Sequence record: SRR31156797_5210
Strand: one strand, 5' to 3'
DNA length: 32,199 nt
A program made the translations under genes and the position numbers. Under the pieces are notes generated by a model. That model had not been told where the DNA came from and made no database searches. It saw only the letters and a list, made by a program, of their open reading frames with translations. Within the stretch, counting starts at the first letter, position 1. Each line of letters begins with the position of its first letter. Shown here piece by piece: positions 1 through 10,699 of the stretch.

Positions 1-37
1 AGTTGGTGCTGGTGTTGTAACTGAGATAGCAGAGTAA
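1..37 (+). CDS. tuf: Elongation factor Tu, 3' end (partial)
   Basis: Frame from base 2 reads VGAGVVTEIAE-TAA, the typical EF-Tu C-terminus, directly upstream of rpsJ. Confidence 0.9.
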   Translation, partial: VGAGVVTEIAE

Positions 38-41
38 TTAG

Positions 42-350
42 ATGGAAAATCAAAAGATCAGAATCAAGCTGAAAGGCTTTGATTACAAGATATTAGATAA
101 GGCTGTAAAAGACATAGTCAATACAGCTAAGCGTACAGGTGCAGAGGTGGTAGGTCCTATCCCTCTGCCAACCCGTATTGAGAAATTCACAATTTTAAGG
201 TCTCCACACGTAAACAAGTCAGCTAGAGATCAGTTTGAAGTAAGGACTCATAAAAGGCTCATCGACATCTTTGAGCACAACCCTCAAACTATTGATGCCC
301 TTATGAAACTTGAGCTCTCTGCTGGTGTTGACGTAGAAATAAAACTTTAA
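42..350 (+). CDS. rpsJ: 30S ribosomal protein S10 (uS10)
   Basis: [30 protein letters not shown] motifs; first gene of S10 cluster. Confidence 0.99.
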   Translation: MENQKIRIKLKGFDYKILDKAVKDIVNTAKRTGAEVVGPIPLPTRIEKFTILRSPHVNKSARDQFEVRTHKRLIDIFEHNPQTIDALMKLELSAGVDVEIKL

Positions 351-364
351 TAGGTTAAAGAGAA

Positions 365-1000
365 ATGGCAAAAGCAATTATTGGTAAGAAAATTGGAATG
401 ACACAGGTCTTTAATGAGGACGGTTCTGTTGTGCCTGTCACCGTCGTGCTTGCGGGCCCCTGTGTTGTTACAGAAGTAAGAACAGAAGACAAAGACGGGT
501 ACTCTGCCATTCAGCTAGGGTTTGATGAAATTGTTAAAGAGAACAAGGTCAACAAACCAATGGCCGGTTACTTCAAAAAGCAAGGCGTTAAGCCTATGAA
601 GTTCCTGAAAGAATTCAGGGGCGAAGCTGGTGAAGCAACAGTGGGTCAGCAGGTTGATGTTAACGTTTTCGAGGAAGGCGATCTCGTAGACGTACAGGGT
701 ACCTCAATAGGTAAAGGCTTTCAGGGTGTTATGAAGCGTCACAACTTCGGTGGTGGTCGCGCGACTCACGGTTCTCACTTCCATAGAGCTCCTGGTTCTA
801 TCGGAATGTGTGAGTTCCCAGGTGAAACCCCTAAAGGCAGAAAGATGCCCGGCAGAATGGGTGGCAAAAAAGTCACTGTACAAAACCTTGCCGTGGTGAA
901 AGTAATCCCAGAAACTAACCTCCTGCTAGTAAAAGGCGCGATCCCGGGCCATGATGATGCAATTGTATACATCAAAGAAGCAGTTAAGGCTACGAAGTAA
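365..1000 (+). CDS. rplC: 50S ribosomal protein L3 (uL3)
   Basis: [26 protein letters not shown] motifs; synteny. Confidence 0.99.
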   Translation: MAKAIIGKKIGMTQVFNEDGSVVPVTVVLAGPCVVTEVRTEDKDGYSAIQLGFDEIVKENKVNKPMAGYFKKQGVKPMKFLKEFRGEAGEATVGQQVDVNVFEEGDLVDVQGTSIGKGFQGVMKRHNFGGGRATHGSHFHRAPGSIGMCEFPGETPKGRKMPGRMGGKKVTVQNLAVVKVIPETNLLLVKGAIPGHDDAIVYIKEAVKATK

Positions 1001-1012
1001 TCAGAGGAAATA

Positions 1013-1639
1013 ATGGCTACTTTTGACGTTAAAAACGTAAAAAATGAAACAGTAGGGACGATTGATCTGAGTGACGAAATTATGTCATATCCTGTAAAAT
1101 CCTCCCTCATGCACGAAGTTGTAATTATGCAACTCGCGAACAGAAGAGCCGGTACTCACTCTACTCTGAACAGGGCAAAGATGAAAGGCGGTAAAGGTGC
1201 TAAACCTTGGAGACAGAAAGGGACAGGACGTGCGAGAGCAGGTTCCCGTAAGTCACCTATCTGGAGAGGCGGAGCTACATGCTTCGGTCCTCAGCCGAGA
1301 GACTACTCCTATTCCATGCCTAAGAAGAAACTTAAGAACGCTCTTAAGTCTGCTATCAGAGCAAAGACTGAAGCCGGTGCAGTACATATACTCGACGCAC
1401 TCAGTGTAGAAAATGGAAAGACCAAAGAAGCTGTTGAAATTCTTAAGAATTTCTCTGCTGACAGAAAGGTTCTTATCGTATTTAATGAACTCGACGCGAA
1501 AGCTGAATTAGCTTTCCGCAACATTTCATACGTAGACCTTCTCGATGTTAACGGTCTTAACGTATATGACGTTATCAATTCAAGAACTATCCTTGTATGC
1601 CAGGACGCAGTTCCACGCATTCAGGAGGTACTCGTATGA
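1013..1639 (+). CDS. rplD: 50S ribosomal protein L4 (uL4)
   Basis: KPWRQKGTGRARAGS and FGPQPRDYS motifs; synteny. Confidence 0.99.
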   Translation: MATFDVKNVKNETVGTIDLSDEIMSYPVKSSLMHEVVIMQLANRRAGTHSTLNRAKMKGGKGAKPWRQKGTGRARAGSRKSPIWRGGATCFGPQPRDYSYSMPKKKLKNALKSAIRAKTEAGAVHILDALSVENGKTKEAVEILKNFSADRKVLIVFNELDAKAELAFRNISYVDLLDVNGLNVYDVINSRTILVCQDAVPRIQEVLV

Positions 1640-1917
1640 TGACTATGTATGATGTGATCAAAAAGCCTATCATTACAGAGAAAGCTGTAGAGGCTAAAGA
1701 GACACTTAATCAAGTAACTTTCGCAGTTGATCCTAGAGCTACTAAGCTCCAGATCAAAGAAGCTGTTCAGGCTCTTTTTGACGTGAAAGTGAAAGATGTC
1801 AGAACAATGAGCAACAAAGGTAAGGAAAAGCGTTTCGGTAAAGCCATGGGCAAAAGAAACGATACTAAGAAAGCTATAGTTGTTCTTGCTGATGGCGAAA
1901 CACTCGAGTTTGTTTAA
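1636..1917 (+). CDS. rplW: 50S ribosomal protein L23 (uL23)
   Basis: KPIITEKA, ATKLQIKEAVQ, KKAIV motifs. Start moved from track's 1597 to ATG 1636 (ATGA overlap with rplD stop; SD GGAGG 1624-1628). Confidence 0.97.
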   Translation: MMTMYDVIKKPIITEKAVEAKETLNQVTFAVDPRATKLQIKEAVQALFDVKVKDVRTMSNKGKEKRFGKAMGKRNDTKKAIVVLADGETLEFV

Positions 1918-1932
1918 AAGAGGATACCTTAA

Positions 1933-2760
1933 ATGGCGACTAAGAAGTTTAAACCAACATCAGATGGTGTAAGGTTTAGAACCAACAGTGACTTCAAGGA
2001 AATCACAACTTCCGAACCAGAAAAGTCACTTCTCGTTCCGAAGCCTAAGAAAGCCGGCCGTAACAACCACGGTCGTATTACTGTTAGGCACAAGGGCGGT
2101 GGTACTAAACAGAAATATCGTCTGATTGACTTTAAAAGAAATAAAGACGGAATTGTAGCAAATGTAAAAACTATCGAGTACGATCCGAACAGAAGCGCAA
2201 GAATTGCTCTTGTTGCTTATACTGACGGTGAGAAAAGATATATCATTTCTCCAATTGGTCTTCAGGTAGGCGATCAGGTAGTAAGTGGAACAGAGGCTGA
2301 CATTAAACTCGGTAACTCTAAGATGCTTAAAGATCTGCCTGTCGGTACAGTAATTCATAACGTGGAGATGAGGCCCGGTAAAGGTGGTCAGCTTGCTCGT
2401 TCCGCTGGAACATATGCACAGCTGCTCGCTAAAGAGGGAACCTATTGTCACGTCCGCATGCCATCCGGCGAGATCAGACTTATTAAAGCTGAATGTAAAG
2501 CTACGATTGGTCAGGTTTCTAACCAGGAGCATGAGAACATTAAAATCGGAAAAGCGGGTAGAGCTCGTTGGAAAGGCGTTCGTCCTACGGTTCGTGGTGT
2601 TGCCATGAACCCAATCGATCACCCACACGGTGGTGGTGAAGGTAGAACAAGTGGTGGTCGTCACCCTGTTACTCCTTGGGGTGTTCCTACAAAGGGATAC
2701 AAGACAAGGAAGAAGAACAAGCCGTCTAACAAGTATATTGTTACTCGCAGGAAGAAGTAG
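1933..2760 (+). CDS. rplB: 50S ribosomal protein L2 (uL2)
   Basis: [43 protein letters not shown] motifs. Confidence 0.99.
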   Translation: MATKKFKPTSDGVRFRTNSDFKEITTSEPEKSLLVPKPKKAGRNNHGRITVRHKGGGTKQKYRLIDFKRNKDGIVANVKTIEYDPNRSARIALVAYTDGEKRYIISPIGLQVGDQVVSGTEADIKLGNSKMLKDLPVGTVIHNVEMRPGKGGQLARSAGTYAQLLAKEGTYCHVRMPSGEIRLIKAECKATIGQVSNQEHENIKIGKAGRARWKGVRPTVRGVAMNPIDHPHGGGEGRTSGGRHPVTPWGVPTKGYKTRKKNKPSNKYIVTRRKK

Positions 2761-2772
2761 GAGGATTGACTA

Positions 2773-3054
2773 GTGCCTAGATCACTTAAGAAAGGCCCGT
2801 TTATAGATGATCACCTTATGAAAAAGGTTGAAGCTGCTAAAGCTAGCGGCGATAAGAAAGTCATCAAGACATGGTCAAGAAGAAGTACAGTACTTCCTGA
2901 AATGGTTGGAATGACATTTGCCGTTCATAACGGTAATAAATTTGTTCCTGTTTATGTTACTGAAAATATGGTGGGACACAAATTCGGCGAATTTTCACTC
3001 ACCAGAACCTTCAGAGGACATAAGAAAGACGACAAAAAGGTAAAGGGTAGATAA
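2773..3054 (+). CDS. rpsS: 30S ribosomal protein S19 (uS19)
   Basis: [27 protein letters not shown] start after GAGGA. Confidence 0.99.
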   Translation: MPRSLKKGPFIDDHLMKKVEAAKASGDKKVIKTWSRRSTVLPEMVGMTFAVHNGNKFVPVYVTENMVGHKFGEFSLTRTFRGHKKDDKKVKGR

Positions 3055-3055
3055 G

Positions 3056-3388
3056 ATGGAAGCTAGAGCATATGCAAAATATCAGAGAGTTTCTCCTAGA
3101 AAAACTCGCCCTGTAGCTGACCTTATCAGAGGTAAGAAAGTTGAGGAAGCGCTTGCTATCCTTAAGTTTACACCTAGCAAAGGTGCTAAGATCCTTTACA
3201 AAACTGTTAAATCTGCAGCTAGCAATGCGGAAGAGAATCACAACCATGCTGATTCCAGCCGTATGATAGTTAAAGAGGTTAAGGTTGACCAGGGTCCTGT
3301 TTGGAAGAGATTTCTTCCTAGGGCTTACGGTAGAGCAACTGGCCTCCGCAAACCTACTGCAAACATAACAGTAGTTCTTTCTGACTAA
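3056..3388 (+). CDS. rplV: 50S ribosomal protein L22 (uL22)
   Basis: SPRKTRPVADLIRG, SAASNAE, PRAYGRA motifs; synteny. Confidence 0.98.
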   Translation: MEARAYAKYQRVSPRKTRPVADLIRGKKVEEALAILKFTPSKGAKILYKTVKSAASNAEENHNHADSSRMIVKEVKVDQGPVWKRFLPRAYGRATGLRKPTANITVVLSD

Positions 3389-3400
3389 CGGAGGTATTTG

Positions 3401-4054
3401 GTGGGACAGAAGGTAAACCCTAATGGATTCAGAGTTGGTATCAACAAGCCGTGGAAATCGGTTTGGTATGCTAACAAAAAAGAATACAGGCAACAGCTTC
3501 TTGAGGATATCAAAATCAGAAAATTCCTCAAAGATAAGCTTATGCAGGCAGGTCTCTCCCGTATCGTTATCGAGCGCATGGGTACACGTGTCAGAATTAC
3601 TCTGAACACATCACGCCCTGGTATCGTTATCGGTAAGAAAGGTGCAGAGATCGATAAGCTCAAAAAAGAGCTTAAGAAATTTACAAAATCAGAAGTGCTT
3701 CTTGTTATCAGAGAAGTTAAAAAGCCAGAGATCAACGCTGTACTTGTTGCTGAGAACATCGCTATGCAGATCCAGCGTCGTGTGGCTTTTAGACGTGCTA
3801 TGAAAAAAGCTGTACTTCAGGCAATGAAGTCAGGCGCACTCGGTATTAGAGTTGCGTGTGCAGGTCGCCTTGCTGGTGCTGATATGGCTAGAACTGAGTG
3901 GTACATTAAAGGACGTGTTCCTCTTCAAACACTCAGAGCTGACATAGACTACGGCACAACAGAAGCTATGACCACTTACGGTATTATCGGAATTAAAGTC
4001 TGGGTCTTCACTGGTGAAGTGCTCGAAGACAGAAAGTCCGAGGCAGGTGAGTAA
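3401..4054 (+). CDS. rpsC: 30S ribosomal protein S3 (uS3)
   Basis: [39 protein letters not shown] at 3401 after GGAGG preferred over TTG 3398. Confidence 0.99.
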   Translation: MGQKVNPNGFRVGINKPWKSVWYANKKEYRQQLLEDIKIRKFLKDKLMQAGLSRIVIERMGTRVRITLNTSRPGIVIGKKGAEIDKLKKELKKFTKSEVLLVIREVKKPEINAVLVAENIAMQIQRRVAFRRAMKKAVLQAMKSGALGIRVACAGRLAGADMARTEWYIKGRVPLQTLRADIDYGTTEAMTTYGIIGIKVWVFTGEVLEDRKSEAGE

Positions 4055-4056
4055 AC

Positions 4057-4485
4057 ATGCTTATTCCAAAGAGACTAAAATACAGAAAGCAGTATAAAGG
4101 TCGTATCAAAGGTAAAGCTAACAAAGGTAACTATGTTGCTTTCGGTGATTACGGACTTTCAGCTGCCGGTAAAGGAAAGCTTACAAGCCGTCAGATTGAG
4201 GCTGCGAGAATTTCTATTAACAGATTCCTCAAAAGGGGCGGTAAGCTTGTTATCCGTATCTTCCCTCACAAACCTGTAACAGCTAAACCTCTCGAGGTTA
4301 GACAGGGTAAGGGTAAGGGTGCGGTAGAGCACTACGTTGCATGCGTTAAAGAGGGTACAGTCCTCTATGAGCTTGGTAACGTATCTGAGGAGCAGGCGCG
4401 TGAAGCGTTTAGAAGAGCTTCTCATAAACTTCCTATCAAATGCAAATTTGTTAAGAGAAACGACATGGCGGAGGCTGCAGAATGA
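4057..4485 (+). CDS. rplP: 50S ribosomal protein L16 (uL16)
   Basis: MLIPKR.KYRK, QIEAAR, RIFPHKP, GKGKG, KLPIK motifs. Confidence 0.99.
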   Translation: MLIPKRLKYRKQYKGRIKGKANKGNYVAFGDYGLSAAGKGKLTSRQIEAARISINRFLKRGGKLVIRIFPHKPVTAKPLEVRQGKGKGAVEHYVACVKEGTVLYELGNVSEEQAREAFRRASHKLPIKCKFVKRNDMAEAAE

Positions 4486-4679
4486 AAGCATCCGAACTAA
4501 AAGAGATGAAAGATACTGAGCTTACCGAAAAAGAGGCTGAGCTCAGAGAAAATATCTTTAGAATGAAGTTCAAGCTTGCTACAGGGGATATCGAAGATTC
4601 CTCTGAAATCAAGAAGGCTAAAAAAGACATAGCTCGCATTAAGACTATTCTTAACGAGCGTGCTATCGAGGAAAAGTAA
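4482..4679 (+). CDS. rpmC: 50S ribosomal protein L29 (uL29)
   Basis: [22 protein letters not shown] overlap with rplP. Confidence 0.98.
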   Translation: MKASELKEMKDTELTEKEAELRENIFRMKFKLATGDIEDSSEIKKAKKDIARIKTILNERAIEEK

Positions 4680-4954
4680 TGGAAGCCAGGAACAACCGAA
4701 AGGTAAGAAAAGGGGTGGTAGTCAGCGATAAGATGGACAAGACAGTTGTTGTCAAAGTTCAGAACCTGAAACTCCATCCAAGGTATCAGAAGTTCATCAA
4801 GAGAAGTAAAAACTTCAAAGCCCATGATGAGAACAATGAGTGCAGAATGGGTGATACAGTGGAGATCGTAGAGACTAGACCACTTTCCAAAGACAAATGC
4901 TGGAGAGTAGTTAACATCCTTGAGCGCTCCATTGAAGTTGCAAACGAGGGGTAA
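4679..4954 (+). CDS. rpsQ: 30S ribosomal protein S17 (uS17)
   Basis: [31 protein letters not shown] motifs. Confidence 0.99.
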   Translation: MEARNNRKVRKGVVVSDKMDKTVVVKVQNLKLHPRYQKFIKRSKNFKAHDENNECRMGDTVEIVETRPLSKDKCWRVVNILERSIEVANEG

Positions 4955-4960
4955 TGTAAC

Positions 4961-5332
4961 ATGATACAGGTAGAATCCAGACTAAGAGTTGCCGATAACT
5001 CTGGTGCTAAAGAAGTACTCGTAATTAAGGTACTCGGCGGCTCCAAAATGCGCTACGGCCGCATCGGTGACGTCATTGTCGCAACTGTAAAAGTTGCAGC
5101 TCCTGACAGTAACATCAAAAAAGGTACTGTTGTTAAAGGTGTTGTTGTACGTACTGCTAAAGAGCAGCGCAGAGACGACGGTACTTATATCAAGTTTGAC
5201 GATAATGCTTGTGTTCTTCTGAACAAAACAACACTCGAACCGATCGCGACACGTGTTTTCGGTCCGGTTGCTAGAGAGCTCCGTGGAAAAGGTTATCTTA
5301 AGATCGTTTCCATGGCTCCTGAAGTATTGTAA
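4961..5332 (+). CDS. rplN: 50S ribosomal protein L14 (uL14)
   Basis: [36 protein letters not shown] motifs. Confidence 0.99.
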   Translation: MIQVESRLRVADNSGAKEVLVIKVLGGSKMRYGRIGDVIVATVKVAAPDSNIKKGTVVKGVVVRTAKEQRRDDGTYIKFDDNACVLLNKTTLEPIATRVFGPVARELRGKGYLKIVSMAPEVL

Positions 5333-5344
5333 GAGGGTACATAA

Positions 5345-5677
5345 GTGAATAACGTAAAACTTAAGCTTAAAACAGACGACACTGTTATCGTTACCACAGG
5401 TAAGGATAAGGGTACTAAGTCTAAAGTTGTCAGACTTGACAAAGCTAGCGGTAAGGTTATCTGCGAAAACGTAAATGTGTTCAAAAAACACATGAAACCT
5501 AACCAGTTCAACCCGGATGGCGGCATCTTGGATAAGCCAATGCCACTTGATATCTCTAACGTTGCGTACTACTGCGAAAAGTGCAGTAAAGGCGTGAAGC
5601 TTGGTATCAAAGTTCTTGAGTCCGGTAAGAAGGTAAGGTTCTGCAGATCTTGCGGCGAGATAATTGATAAGGACTAA
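5345..5677 (+). CDS. rplX: 50S ribosomal protein L24 (uL24)
   Basis: KOW-like DTVIVTTGKDKG, KKHMKP, ISNVA; C-terminal CxxC...CxxC; GTG start. Confidence 0.98.
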   Translation: MNNVKLKLKTDDTVIVTTGKDKGTKSKVVRLDKASGKVICENVNVFKKHMKPNQFNPDGGILDKPMPLDISNVAYYCEKCSKGVKLGIKVLESGKKVRFCRSCGEIIDKD

Positions 5678-5689
5678 CGGAGAATATTA

Positions 5690-6238
5690 ATGGCGGAACT
5701 CAAAAGAATCTATAAAGAAGAGGTAGTACCGAAGCTTACTGAAAAGTTCGGCTACAAGAACGTCATGCAGGTTCCGAAAGTGACAAAGGTAGTGCTCAAC
5801 ATGGGTGTTGGCGAGGCTGTAACTAACTCGAAACTTATCGAGGGTGCACTCAGAGATATGGAGAAGATCGCAGGTCAGAAACCTATCCTCTGCAGAGCAA
5901 AGAAGTCTATCGCTACATTTAAACTGAGAGAAGGTATGCCTATCGGATGCAAAGTAACACTTCGCGGCGATAACGCTTACGAATTCCTTTACAGACTTAC
6001 AAGAATCGGACTTGCAAGGGTTAGAGACTTTCAGGGTGTAAACCCTAAGTCTTTTGATGGACGTGGAAACTATGCAATGGGTCTTAAAGAGCAGATCGTA
6101 TTTCCTGAAATTGATTACGATAAGATCGATAAGATTCGTGGTTTTGACATCATCATAGCAACAACTGCTAATACAGATGAAGAGGCGAGAGAGCTCCTTA
6201 GAGAACTCGGCATGCCTTTTGAAACTCAGGAGGCATAA
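5690..6238 (+). CDS. rplE: 50S ribosomal protein L5 (uL5)
   Basis: [43 protein letters not shown] motifs. Confidence 0.99.
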   Translation: MAELKRIYKEEVVPKLTEKFGYKNVMQVPKVTKVVLNMGVGEAVTNSKLIEGALRDMEKIAGQKPILCRAKKSIATFKLREGMPIGCKVTLRGDNAYEFLYRLTRIGLARVRDFQGVNPKSFDGRGNYAMGLKEQIVFPEIDYDKIDKIRGFDIIIATTANTDEEARELLRELGMPFETQEA

Positions 6239-6239
6239 A

Positions 6240-6425
6240 TTGGCCACAAAAGCTAAATATCACAGTGCATTTCTTAAAAAGAAATACAAGGTAAGGGAAA
6301 ATAACCGCTGTCCAATATGCGGAAGACCTAGGGCTTTTATGCGCAGATTCAATATGTGCAGACTTTGTTTTAGGAAGTTCGCGCTCGAGGGAGAAATCCC
6401 GGGCGTGAGAAAATCCAGTTGGTAA
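6240..6425 (+). CDS. rpsN: 30S ribosomal protein S14, type Z (zinc-binding, 61 aa)
   Basis: TTG at 6240 gives MATKAK...RCPICGRPR...MCRLCFR...[11 protein letters not shown]; the track's 6177 start is too far upstream. Confidence 0.97.
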   Translation: MATKAKYHSAFLKKKYKVRENNRCPICGRPRAFMRRFNMCRLCFRKFALEGEIPGVRKSSW

Positions 6426-6444
6426 AAAAAAAGGAGACTAAGTC

Positions 6445-6843
6445 ATGGGAATGACAGATCCTATTGCTGATATGCTCGCAAGAATGCGTAACGCACTTAT
6501 GGTGCGTCATCAGGAAGTAGTAGTACCTCATTCAAAATTGAAAGAGGCTATGGCAGTTCTTTTCACAGAAGAGGGCTATGTAAAAAACTTCCGTGTAGCA
6601 AACGATGGAAATCGTAAAAATATAATTATACACCTCAAGTATAACGACCTCGGCGAATCTGTAATACGTGGAATGAAACGTGTTTCAAAACCTGGTCAGA
6701 GAGTGTATGTGAACACAAAAAATCTCAAACCTGTTCTTGGCGGACTTGGTAATGGTGTAGTTTCGACTTCACGCGGAATCAAAACCGTTAAGCAGTGCAT
6801 TAATGAAAAAGTTGGCGGAGAATATATCTGCCAGATTTGGTAA
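6445..6843 (+). CDS. rpsH: 30S ribosomal protein S8 (uS8)
   Basis: TDPIADML.RMRNA, RVSKPG.RVY, VSTSRG, GGEYIC motifs. Confidence 0.99.
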   Translation: MGMTDPIADMLARMRNALMVRHQEVVVPHSKLKEAMAVLFTEEGYVKNFRVANDGNRKNIIIHLKYNDLGESVIRGMKRVSKPGQRVYVNTKNLKPVLGGLGNGVVSTSRGIKTVKQCINEKVGGEYICQIW

Positions 6844-6855
6844 TGGAGAGTTGTA

Positions 6856-7392
6856 ATGTCCAGAATTGGTAAATTACCGATAGATATCCCAGCTGGCGTA
6901 AAAGTTGACCTTAAAGGCGGCGTTGTCAGTGTGGAAGGACCGAAGGGCAAGCTTGAGCAGGACATCCACTATAAGGCAGAAGTTACAATCAATGAGAATG
7001 TAATCACTGTTAAAAATGTGGATACTACTAAGCTTTCCAGGTCTGTATATGGCCTTACAAGGACACTTATCAACAACATGATTATCGGCGTAACTACAGG
7101 ATACGAGAAATCACTCGAGATAATCGGAGTCGGTTACAGGGTTACTCAAAAGGGTAAAAACCTCGACTTCGCACTCGGTTTCTCCCACCCAGTAGAAGTT
7201 GTCCCACCTGCAGGCATTGAGTTTGCAGTTGATGGTCAGCAGAAAATCACTGTTAAAGGTATCGACAAGCAGCTTGTTGGTCAGGTTGCAGCTAACATCC
7301 GTGAGCTCAGACCACCTGAACCATACAAGGGCAAAGGAATCAGATACCTTGGTGAATACGTCGCTAGAAAAGCCGGAAAGACCGGTAAATAA
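6856..7392 (+). CDS. rplF: 50S ribosomal protein L6 (uL6)
   Basis: [33 protein letters not shown] motifs. Confidence 0.99.
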   Translation: MSRIGKLPIDIPAGVKVDLKGGVVSVEGPKGKLEQDIHYKAEVTINENVITVKNVDTTKLSRSVYGLTRTLINNMIIGVTTGYEKSLEIIGVGYRVTQKGKNLDFALGFSHPVEVVPPAGIEFAVDGQQKITVKGIDKQLVGQVAANIRELRPPEPYKGKGIRYLGEYVARKAGKTGK

Positions 7393-7407
7393 TAAGGGGT
7401 GTTGAAA

Positions 7408-7773
7408 GTGGCTAAGGTATCAAGAGCGACTGCCAGAGTCAGAAGGCATGTCCGCGCAAGAAAAAAGATGAAAGGCACAACAGAAAGACCTAGGCTCGCT
7501 GTTTTCAAATCAAACAGCTATATTTACGCTCAGGTCATAGATGATGTAAACGGTACAACACTTGTTGCTGCAAGCTCACTTGAAAAAGAGCTTAAAGAAA
7601 AATTTAGTGGCCGTGTAAACCTCGAGTCCGCAAAGGCTGTAGGCGCAGAAGTTGCAAAGAGAGCTTCCGAAAAAGGTATCAAATCTGTTATTTTTGACAG
7701 AGGCGGTTTCCTTTATCACGGTAAGATTAAAGCTCTTGCAGAAGGCGCCCGTGAAGCCGGTCTTGAGTTCTAA
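7408..7773 (+). CDS. rplR: 50S ribosomal protein L18 (uL18)
   Basis: [45 protein letters not shown] 7408 preferred (SD-like GGGGT 7396-7400), 7399 possible. Confidence 0.97.
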   Translation: MAKVSRATARVRRHVRARKKMKGTTERPRLAVFKSNSYIYAQVIDDVNGTTLVAASSLEKELKEKFSGRVNLESAKAVGAEVAKRASEKGIKSVIFDRGGFLYHGKIKALAEGAREAGLEF

Positions 7774-7784
7774 GGAGGATTACT

Positions 7785-8279
7785 TTGAACGCTATAAAAG
7801 ACGATGGAATAATTGATAAAGTCGTTAACATCGGCAGAGTAACAAAAGTTGTAAAGGGTGGTAGAATCTTTAAATTCACAGCCCTTGTTGTTGTTGGCGA
7901 TATGAACGGTTCTGTTGGCATTGGATACGGTAAAGCACGTGAAGTGCCTGACGCTATCAAAAAAGCCCTCGAGAACGCTAAGAAGAGCATGGTTGAAGTT
8001 CCTGTTGTAAACGGAACTATCCCACACGAGATCATCGGAGAATTCGTTTCTTCTGAGATCGTGATGAAGCCTGCTGCACCTGGTACTGGTATTATCTCCG
8101 GTGGTGTAACACGTTCACTCTTCGAGCTTGCAGGTGTTCAGAACATCCTTTGCAAGTCTACAAGAAGCAGAAACGCCTATAACTCCCTTTACGCTGTTAT
8201 GGACGGATTTAAAAAAATGAGAACACTGGAAGAAGTTGCTGAAGCTAGAGGCAAATCTATCCAGGAAATCATCAGGTAA
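7785..8279 (+). CDS. rpsE: 30S ribosomal protein S5 (uS5)
   Basis: RVTKVVKGGR, ALVVVGD, GKAREVP, PAAPGTGII; TTG start after AGGAGG. Confidence 0.99.
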   Translation: MNAIKDDGIIDKVVNIGRVTKVVKGGRIFKFTALVVVGDMNGSVGIGYGKAREVPDAIKKALENAKKSMVEVPVVNGTIPHEIIGEFVSSEIVMKPAAPGTGIISGGVTRSLFELAGVQNILCKSTRSRNAYNSLYAVMDGFKKMRTLEEVAEARGKSIQEIIR

Positions 8280-8291
8280 GAGGTTATATAA

Positions 8292-8741
8292 ATGGAACTT
8301 CATGATCTGAAACCGGCAAAAGGCGCCAATAAGAATAGAAAAAGAGTTGGACGTGGTAGCGGTAGCGGCCTCGGTACAACCTCCGGTAAAGGTAACAAAG
8401 GCCAGAAAGCGAGAAGCGGTGGCGGAGTTAGACCGGGATTCGAAGGCGGACAGATGCCTCTTAATAGAAGACTTCCTAAGAGAGGTTTTAACAACACCAG
8501 ATTTGCCACTGTTTACGAAATTGTAAACCTTGACACAATCGAAGCTAGATTCACAGACGGAGAGGTTGTCAACCTCGAAAGCCTTAAAGACAAAAACCTT
8601 GTAGTCGGCAATAAAGACGGCATCAAAGTTCTTGGCGAAGGCGAGCTTACTAAAAAGCTTAAGTTCGAAGTAGACAAGATTTCCGGTTCTGCTAAAGAAA
8701 AATGTGAAAAAGCTGGCTGCGAAGTGGTCATTCTGGGGTAA
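8292..8741 (+). CDS. rplO: 50S ribosomal protein L15 (uL15)
   Basis: [41 protein letters not shown] motifs. Confidence 0.99.
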   Translation: MELHDLKPAKGANKNRKRVGRGSGSGLGTTSGKGNKGQKARSGGGVRPGFEGGQMPLNRRLPKRGFNNTRFATVYEIVNLDTIEARFTDGEVVNLESLKDKNLVVGNKDGIKVLGEGELTKKLKFEVDKISGSAKEKCEKAGCEVVILG

Positions 8742-8744
8742 TTG

Positions 8745-10055
8745 ATGTTTAAAAAACTTGAAGAGATTTTCTCTATACCGGAACTAAGAAGAAGGATCTT
8801 TTGGACACTCTTTTTCCTGTTTGTTTACAGGATTGGTGCTCACGTTCCTACTCCCGGTATCGACGGCGATGCGCTGAGCCAGTTTTTCGCACAGCAATCA
8901 GGTAACCTGCTCGGATTTTTCGACATGTTTACTGGTGGTGCGTTATCTAGGCTTACAGTGTTTGGTCTGGGAATTATGCCATACATCTCAGCTGCGATTA
9001 TACTCGAGCTTATGACTGTTGCTGTTCCGCACCTTGCGGAGCTTAAAAAGCGTGGTCAGGATGGGCGTGACAAGATCACTAGATATACAAGATACGGTAC
9101 TGTTGCCATCTCCCTTGTACAGGGTATGGGTATCGCAATCGGACTCGAAGGGATGACATCTCCCGGCGGTTCACCTGTAGTAATGTTCCCGGGCATGGGA
9201 TTCAGAATAGTTACGGCTATCACACTTACGACTGGTACAGTATTTCTTATGTGGCTTGGTGAGAAGATCACTGAAAAGGGTCTCGGTAACGGTATATCTG
9301 TACTGATTTTTGCAGGTATCATAGCAGGTTTCCCTTCAGCGGTGAGCAGAACAGCTACTCTGCTGAAGACTGGCGAAGTTCAGCTGATTACGATCATTGC
9401 TGTTATGGCCATTATACTTGCGGTTACTGCGGCTATCGTCTTCATGGAGACATCCAGTAGAAGACTACCTATACAATATGTTAGAAAAGGCGGCGGTGGT
9501 AAGGGGAATGTTGCCACTTCCTATCTGCCGCTTAAACTAAACCCGGCTGGTGTTATCCCGATCATTTTTGCGATGTCAATACTCGCTTTCCCAAGCACAC
9601 TTGCGACATTCAGCGAAAGTATTATTGTGCAGAAGATTAGCTTTTACCTGTCACCTAGTTCATTTGTGTACTACATAGTGACACTCGGCTGTATCGTATT
9701 CTTCACATATTTCTATACATCCATTATTTTTAATCCGGATGATATAGCGGAAAACATCAACAAATCAGGTGGTGTGATACCTGGTAAGAGACCGGGGGAA
9801 GAGACTTCTAAATTTATAGACTTCACTCTTTCAAGGCTCACATTCGTAGGTGCTATTTACCTTGCTGCTGTTGCAATCCTTCCGCAGCTTATTATTAAGG
9901 GATTCAACGTACCATTCTATTTCGGTGGAACTTCAATTCTCATCGTAATTGGTGTTGGTATGGACGTAATCTCGAAGATAGAGGCGCACCTCGTAACAAA
10001 TAATTATGACGGTTTCCTTAAGAAAGGAAAGATTCAGGGGAGAAGCATTATATGA
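8745..10055 (+). CDS. secY: Preprotein translocase subunit SecY
   Basis: LGIMPYISAAII, GLGNGISVLIFAGI, PAGVIPIIFA, IPGKRPG, GGTSILIV; multiple hydrophobic segments. ATG 8745 or TTG 8742. Confidence 0.99.
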   Translation: MFKKLEEIFSIPELRRRIFWTLFFLFVYRIGAHVPTPGIDGDALSQFFAQQSGNLLGFFDMFTGGALSRLTVFGLGIMPYISAAIILELMTVAVPHLAELKKRGQDGRDKITRYTRYGTVAISLVQGMGIAIGLEGMTSPGGSPVVMFPGMGFRIVTAITLTTGTVFLMWLGEKITEKGLGNGISVLIFAGIIAGFPSAVSRTATLLKTGEVQLITIIAVMAIILAVTAAIVFMETSSRRLPIQYVRKGGGGKGNVATSYLPLKLNPAGVIPIIFAMSILAFPSTLATFSESIIVQKISFYLSPSSFVYYIVTLGCIVFFTYFYTSIIFNPDDIAENINKSGGVIPGKRPGEETSKFIDFTLSRLTFVGAIYLAAVAILPQLIIKGFNVPFYFGGTSILIVIGVGMDVISKIEAHLVTNNYDGFLKKGKIQGRSII

Positions 10056-10699
10056 TTAACCTTATTTTTCTCGGACCTCCGGGAGCTGGTAAAGGTACTC
10101 AGTCCGCAAGGATAATAGACGACTACAAAGTAGTTCAGATATCAACAGGTGACCTTCTTCGTGCTGCTGTAAAAGCCGGCACATCACTCGGTAAAGAGGC
10201 TAAGGTTTACATGGACGGCGGACAGCTTGTTCCTGATCAACTGATCATAAATATGATGAAAGAGCGTTTCGAGTCTGACGACTGTAAAAATGGATTCATC
10301 CTTGATGGATTTCCTAGAACTACAGCTCAGGCGGAAGCTCTTGATGCTATGCTTGAAAACGAGCTGAAGACAGAAGTTACACACATAATCAGCCTTGAGG
10401 TTGATGACGAAGTTGTTGTTAAGAGAAACACCGGCAGAAGAGTCTGCCCTCAGTGCGGTGCTACCTATCATATCAAATTTAACCCTTCAAAAGAGGGCGG
10501 CGTTTGTGATAATGATGGCGAGACACTTGTACACCGTGATGATGACCGTGAGGAAACCATCCGTAAGAGACTCGGTGTATATCACGAGACAACAGCACTT
10601 TTAAAAGATTATTACGGCAAAACAGGAAAGTTCACTGAGCTTAGCGGCGATGACGAACCTAAAAATGTTTATGCTAAAATTAAGGAAATACTCGGTTAA
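10052..10699 (+). CDS. adk: Adenylate kinase (long LID, Cys3Asp zinc-type)
   Basis: GPPGAGKGTQ P-loop, STGDLLR, LDGFPRT, LID CPQC...CDND. Confidence 0.99.
   Translation: MINLIFLGPPGAGKGTQSARIIDDYKVVQISTGDLLRAAVKAGTSLGKEAKVYMDGGQLVPDQLIINMMKERFESDDCKNGFILDGFPRTTAQAEALDAMLENELKTEVTHIISLEVDDEVVVKRNTGRRVCPQCGATYHIKFNPSKEGGVCDNDGETLVHRDDDREETIRKRLGVYHETTALLKDYYGKTGKFTELSGDDEPKNVYAKIKEILG

Noticed and set aside
1597..1635. Extended N-terminus of the uL23 ORF (MPGRSSTHSGGTR)
   Set aside because: It overlaps rplD; the SD and ATGA coupling point to 1636.
6177..6239. Extended N-terminus of the uS14 ORF
   Set aside because: It overlaps rplE; TTG at 6240 gives the canonical 61-aa type Z protein.
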